In this document: positions 30,275-32,000 of the stretch, piece after piece | How positions within the stretch are numbered: position 1 is the first letter of the stretch | Layout: each line of letters starts with the position of its first letter | NCBI RefSeq assembly: GCF_000446015.1 | Contig: NC_022093.1 | Coordinates: 1,444,806 to 1,476,805, forward strand | Origin: Thermofilum adornatum | Lineage (GTDB): Archaea > Thermoproteota > Thermoprotei > Thermofilales > Thermofilaceae | Length of the DNA stretch: 32,000 bases | Direction of reading: 5' to 3' | Made by a program: the position numbers and the translations under genes | The notes under the pieces: model-generated | Seen by the model: the letters and a program-made list of their open reading frames with translations, nothing else | The model's database searches: none | Told to the model about the DNA's origin: nothing

Positions 30275-31684
30275 ATGGGTCAAAGCGGGATCGACACACT
30301 TATAGTGGTACCGTGGGGCCACCCGGCGGGCTGGCGCCAGGTAAGGTATACTACTAAGGGGATATCACTTGATCATTGCACTACTCTCCCTTTACTCTTA
30401 AAAATGTTCCCCAGGTCAGAAGTATTCGTCTTAGTCCTCGATAGCCTTGTAGAGGAAGCCCCTAAGCCACAGTCTCCCAGCAAATGCTGGCAATGCTATG
30501 AAGAGAATATCGAGCATCTTCGATATGCTTCTCAAGCAAAGAGCTACAAAGAACTTAGGGATCAACTTGCAGGTTTCTTGTCCAGCTATGTCAAATGCTT
30601 GCTGGGAGACCAATATAAGCCAGTCATACACCCGGTAATATGTCCAGCCGTGGGACGGCCTGGCGGCAAGTGGATTTTCAGGGGAAACCCAAGAGACTTC
30701 GAGTCAATAGCACTCTACGATCTCGGAAAAACGATAATGGAGAAGCCCTTTAGCAGTATCGTTGTCGACACGACGCACGGCGTAAACTTTATGCCGAGCC
30801 TAACCACGAGGCTTGCCAATAGGCTTGCCAGCCTCTTATTAGCTAGACACGAACACCTCGTGCTTGCAGAACAAAGGGGAGTCAAGATATACATCTACAA
30901 CGCTGACCCGGTGCCCCTAGCGAGCCCCGGACAGCCAGAGATGAGCCTAAACCTCATAGCCGAAGAGACACATTCCTCGATACAGATACCCCCAGTTATA
31001 CCTGAAAACCTTTTGGAGACAATGGAGCCTGGAACACAGCCCTACATAGAATTGAACAAGACTTACTTCGAATATGCAGGCCTCGTGGCGAGCTCCCTCT
31101 ACTATCCACTCCCACTGTTGCTAGTACACGCTGTCTCCCAAGAAACAGCAGCCAAAGCCTGGGAAGCGCTCGAGAAAGCACATGGAGAATGGGAAACCAG
31201 CGTAGAGATCTCGGGCAACACTGTCCAGAGGAGGCTAGCCATCAACCCAGACGCCCTTTACTTGCTTATGCTAACTGTGGCAGTGGCAAGGCGCCTCAAA
31301 GAGAAAGGTCTAAGCTACCCAAGCGACACAAGACAACTAGCTCAAGTTCTACCGCTATATGAGGCTGTAAACGAGGCATATAGATACATTATAGAGGACG
31401 AGCTCGCCAGAATAGAGAAGAAAACCTTCCGAATACAAAGAATCCTGAAAGAAGCAGACTGGACGCCCCTATACCTAATATACATTGAGCCAAACCAGCA
31501 TTTCTCTGCCGTCAAGAAGAGGACAATGATAGCACACGCTGGCCTACAGAAAGAAATAGTCCAAGTTAAACTTTTGGAAAATGGACAAGTTCTCCTCAGA
31601 TACAACAGCGCCTGGGAGAACAGGCCCTTACAGCAACTGAGCTCTTCAGGCCTGCTTCTCCCACAATATAAGGCAACTTATTGA
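30275..31684 (+). CDS. csx1: Csx1-family CRISPR ancillary protein (DxTHG-type CARF domain + HEPN)
   Basis: N-terminal LIVVPWGHPAGWRQVRY, an exact DxTHG motif in VVDTTHGVNFMP, and C-terminal KKRTMIAHAGL, which is R-x4-H in the R..xAHAG context of Csx1 HEPN domains. Confidence 0.75.
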   Translation: MGQSGIDTLIVVPWGHPAGWRQVRYTTKGISLDHCTTLPLLLKMFPRSEVFVLVLDSLVEEAPKPQSPSKCWQCYEENIEHLRYASQAKSYKELRDQLAGFLSSYVKCLLGDQYKPVIHPVICPAVGRPGGKWIFRGNPRDFESIALYDLGKTIMEKPFSSIVVDTTHGVNFMPSLTTRLANRLASLLLARHEHLVLAEQRGVKIYIYNADPVPLASPGQPEMSLNLIAEETHSSIQIPPVIPENLLETMEPGTQPYIELNKTYFEYAGLVASSLYYPLPLLLVHAVSQETAAKAWEALEKAHGEWETSVEISGNTVQRRLAINPDALYLLMLTVAVARRLKEKGLSYPSDTRQLAQVLPLYEAVNEAYRYIIEDELARIEKKTFRIQRILKEADWTPLYLIYIEPNQHFSAVKKRTMIAHAGLQKEIVQVKLLENGQVLLRYNSAWENRPLQQLSSSGLLLPQYKATY

Positions 31685-31722
31685 CGCCCACGAATATATA
31701 GAACGCTAACGGGCTAGCTAAG

Positions 31723-32000
31723 CTAATTGTTGTCTAGCTTCTTCAAGAGCGTGTAGAGTAGCATTGTCTGTACTAGGTATATGGATGCTGTTAGGTAGAG
31801 AGGAGAGTCAAGATTTATGTTCATGAGTGTTCCTCCTATTGCCGAGCCCGTGCCAGTGGCTATCTGTGATGCTAGGATATTCAGCATTGTGTAGCGTGAC
31901 CTCTCCTCGGGGCCTATAGTCTTCATGGTTAGGGACCAGAAGAGGGGGTTGGCGGCATTCATTAGGACTGTTCTAAGGGTAAAGAATGCCGCGGCCATTA
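31723..32000 (-). CDS. MFS-type transporter, C-terminal part (gene runs off the window)
   Basis: Three hydrophobic helices with TGTGSAIGGTLM, typical of MFS C-terminal helices. The ORF is open to the window edge. Confidence 0.5.
   Translation of the reverse strand, partial: MAAAFFTLRTVLMNAANPLFWSLTMKTIGPEERSRYTMLNILASQIATGTGSAIGGTLMNINLDSPLYLTASIYLVQTMLLYTLLKKLDNN

Overview
The window looks like a hyperthermophilic crenarchaeal chromosome segment: AGG/AGA-rich and E/K/R-rich proteins, many GTG/TTG starts, TATA boxes about 25-35 nt upstream of starts, and PaREP1 paralogs. All family names come from motif recognition by eye; no HMM or BLAST was run. There are three blocks. (1) About 1-14.5 kb is a decaying accessory island. 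It holds eight PaREP1-family copies, most with an RHH-like N-terminus, one frameshifted and one a 100-nt fragment. Interleaved with them are toxin-antitoxin modules (vapBC, hicBA, DUF4258/DUF2283, MNT, orphan AbrB and RHH antitoxins, a RelB-like gene), a retropepsin-like protease plus a dead paralog, an AAA/DUF4143 ATPase, two overlapping unknown ORFs and a single-chain HEPN-MNT fusion. The 8-mer TAGCGCGC recurs at gene and cassette junctions. (2) About 14.6-22.6 kb is a glycan cluster: a membrane GT2 synthase with QRRRW, a secreted sequon-rich protein, a polytopic membrane protein, GT2, GT4 and an unknown DxD protein. (3) About 22.6-32 kb is mostly housekeeping: a hypA / Mrp-MinD ATPase / NifX-like operon, an OCD-family dehydrogenase, a permease, a frameshifted HEPN, a histidine-pair 12-TM protein, an orphan Csx1 (DxTHG CARF + HEPN) and a partial MFS gene. 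I found no CRISPR array, tRNA, rRNA, integrase or transposase.
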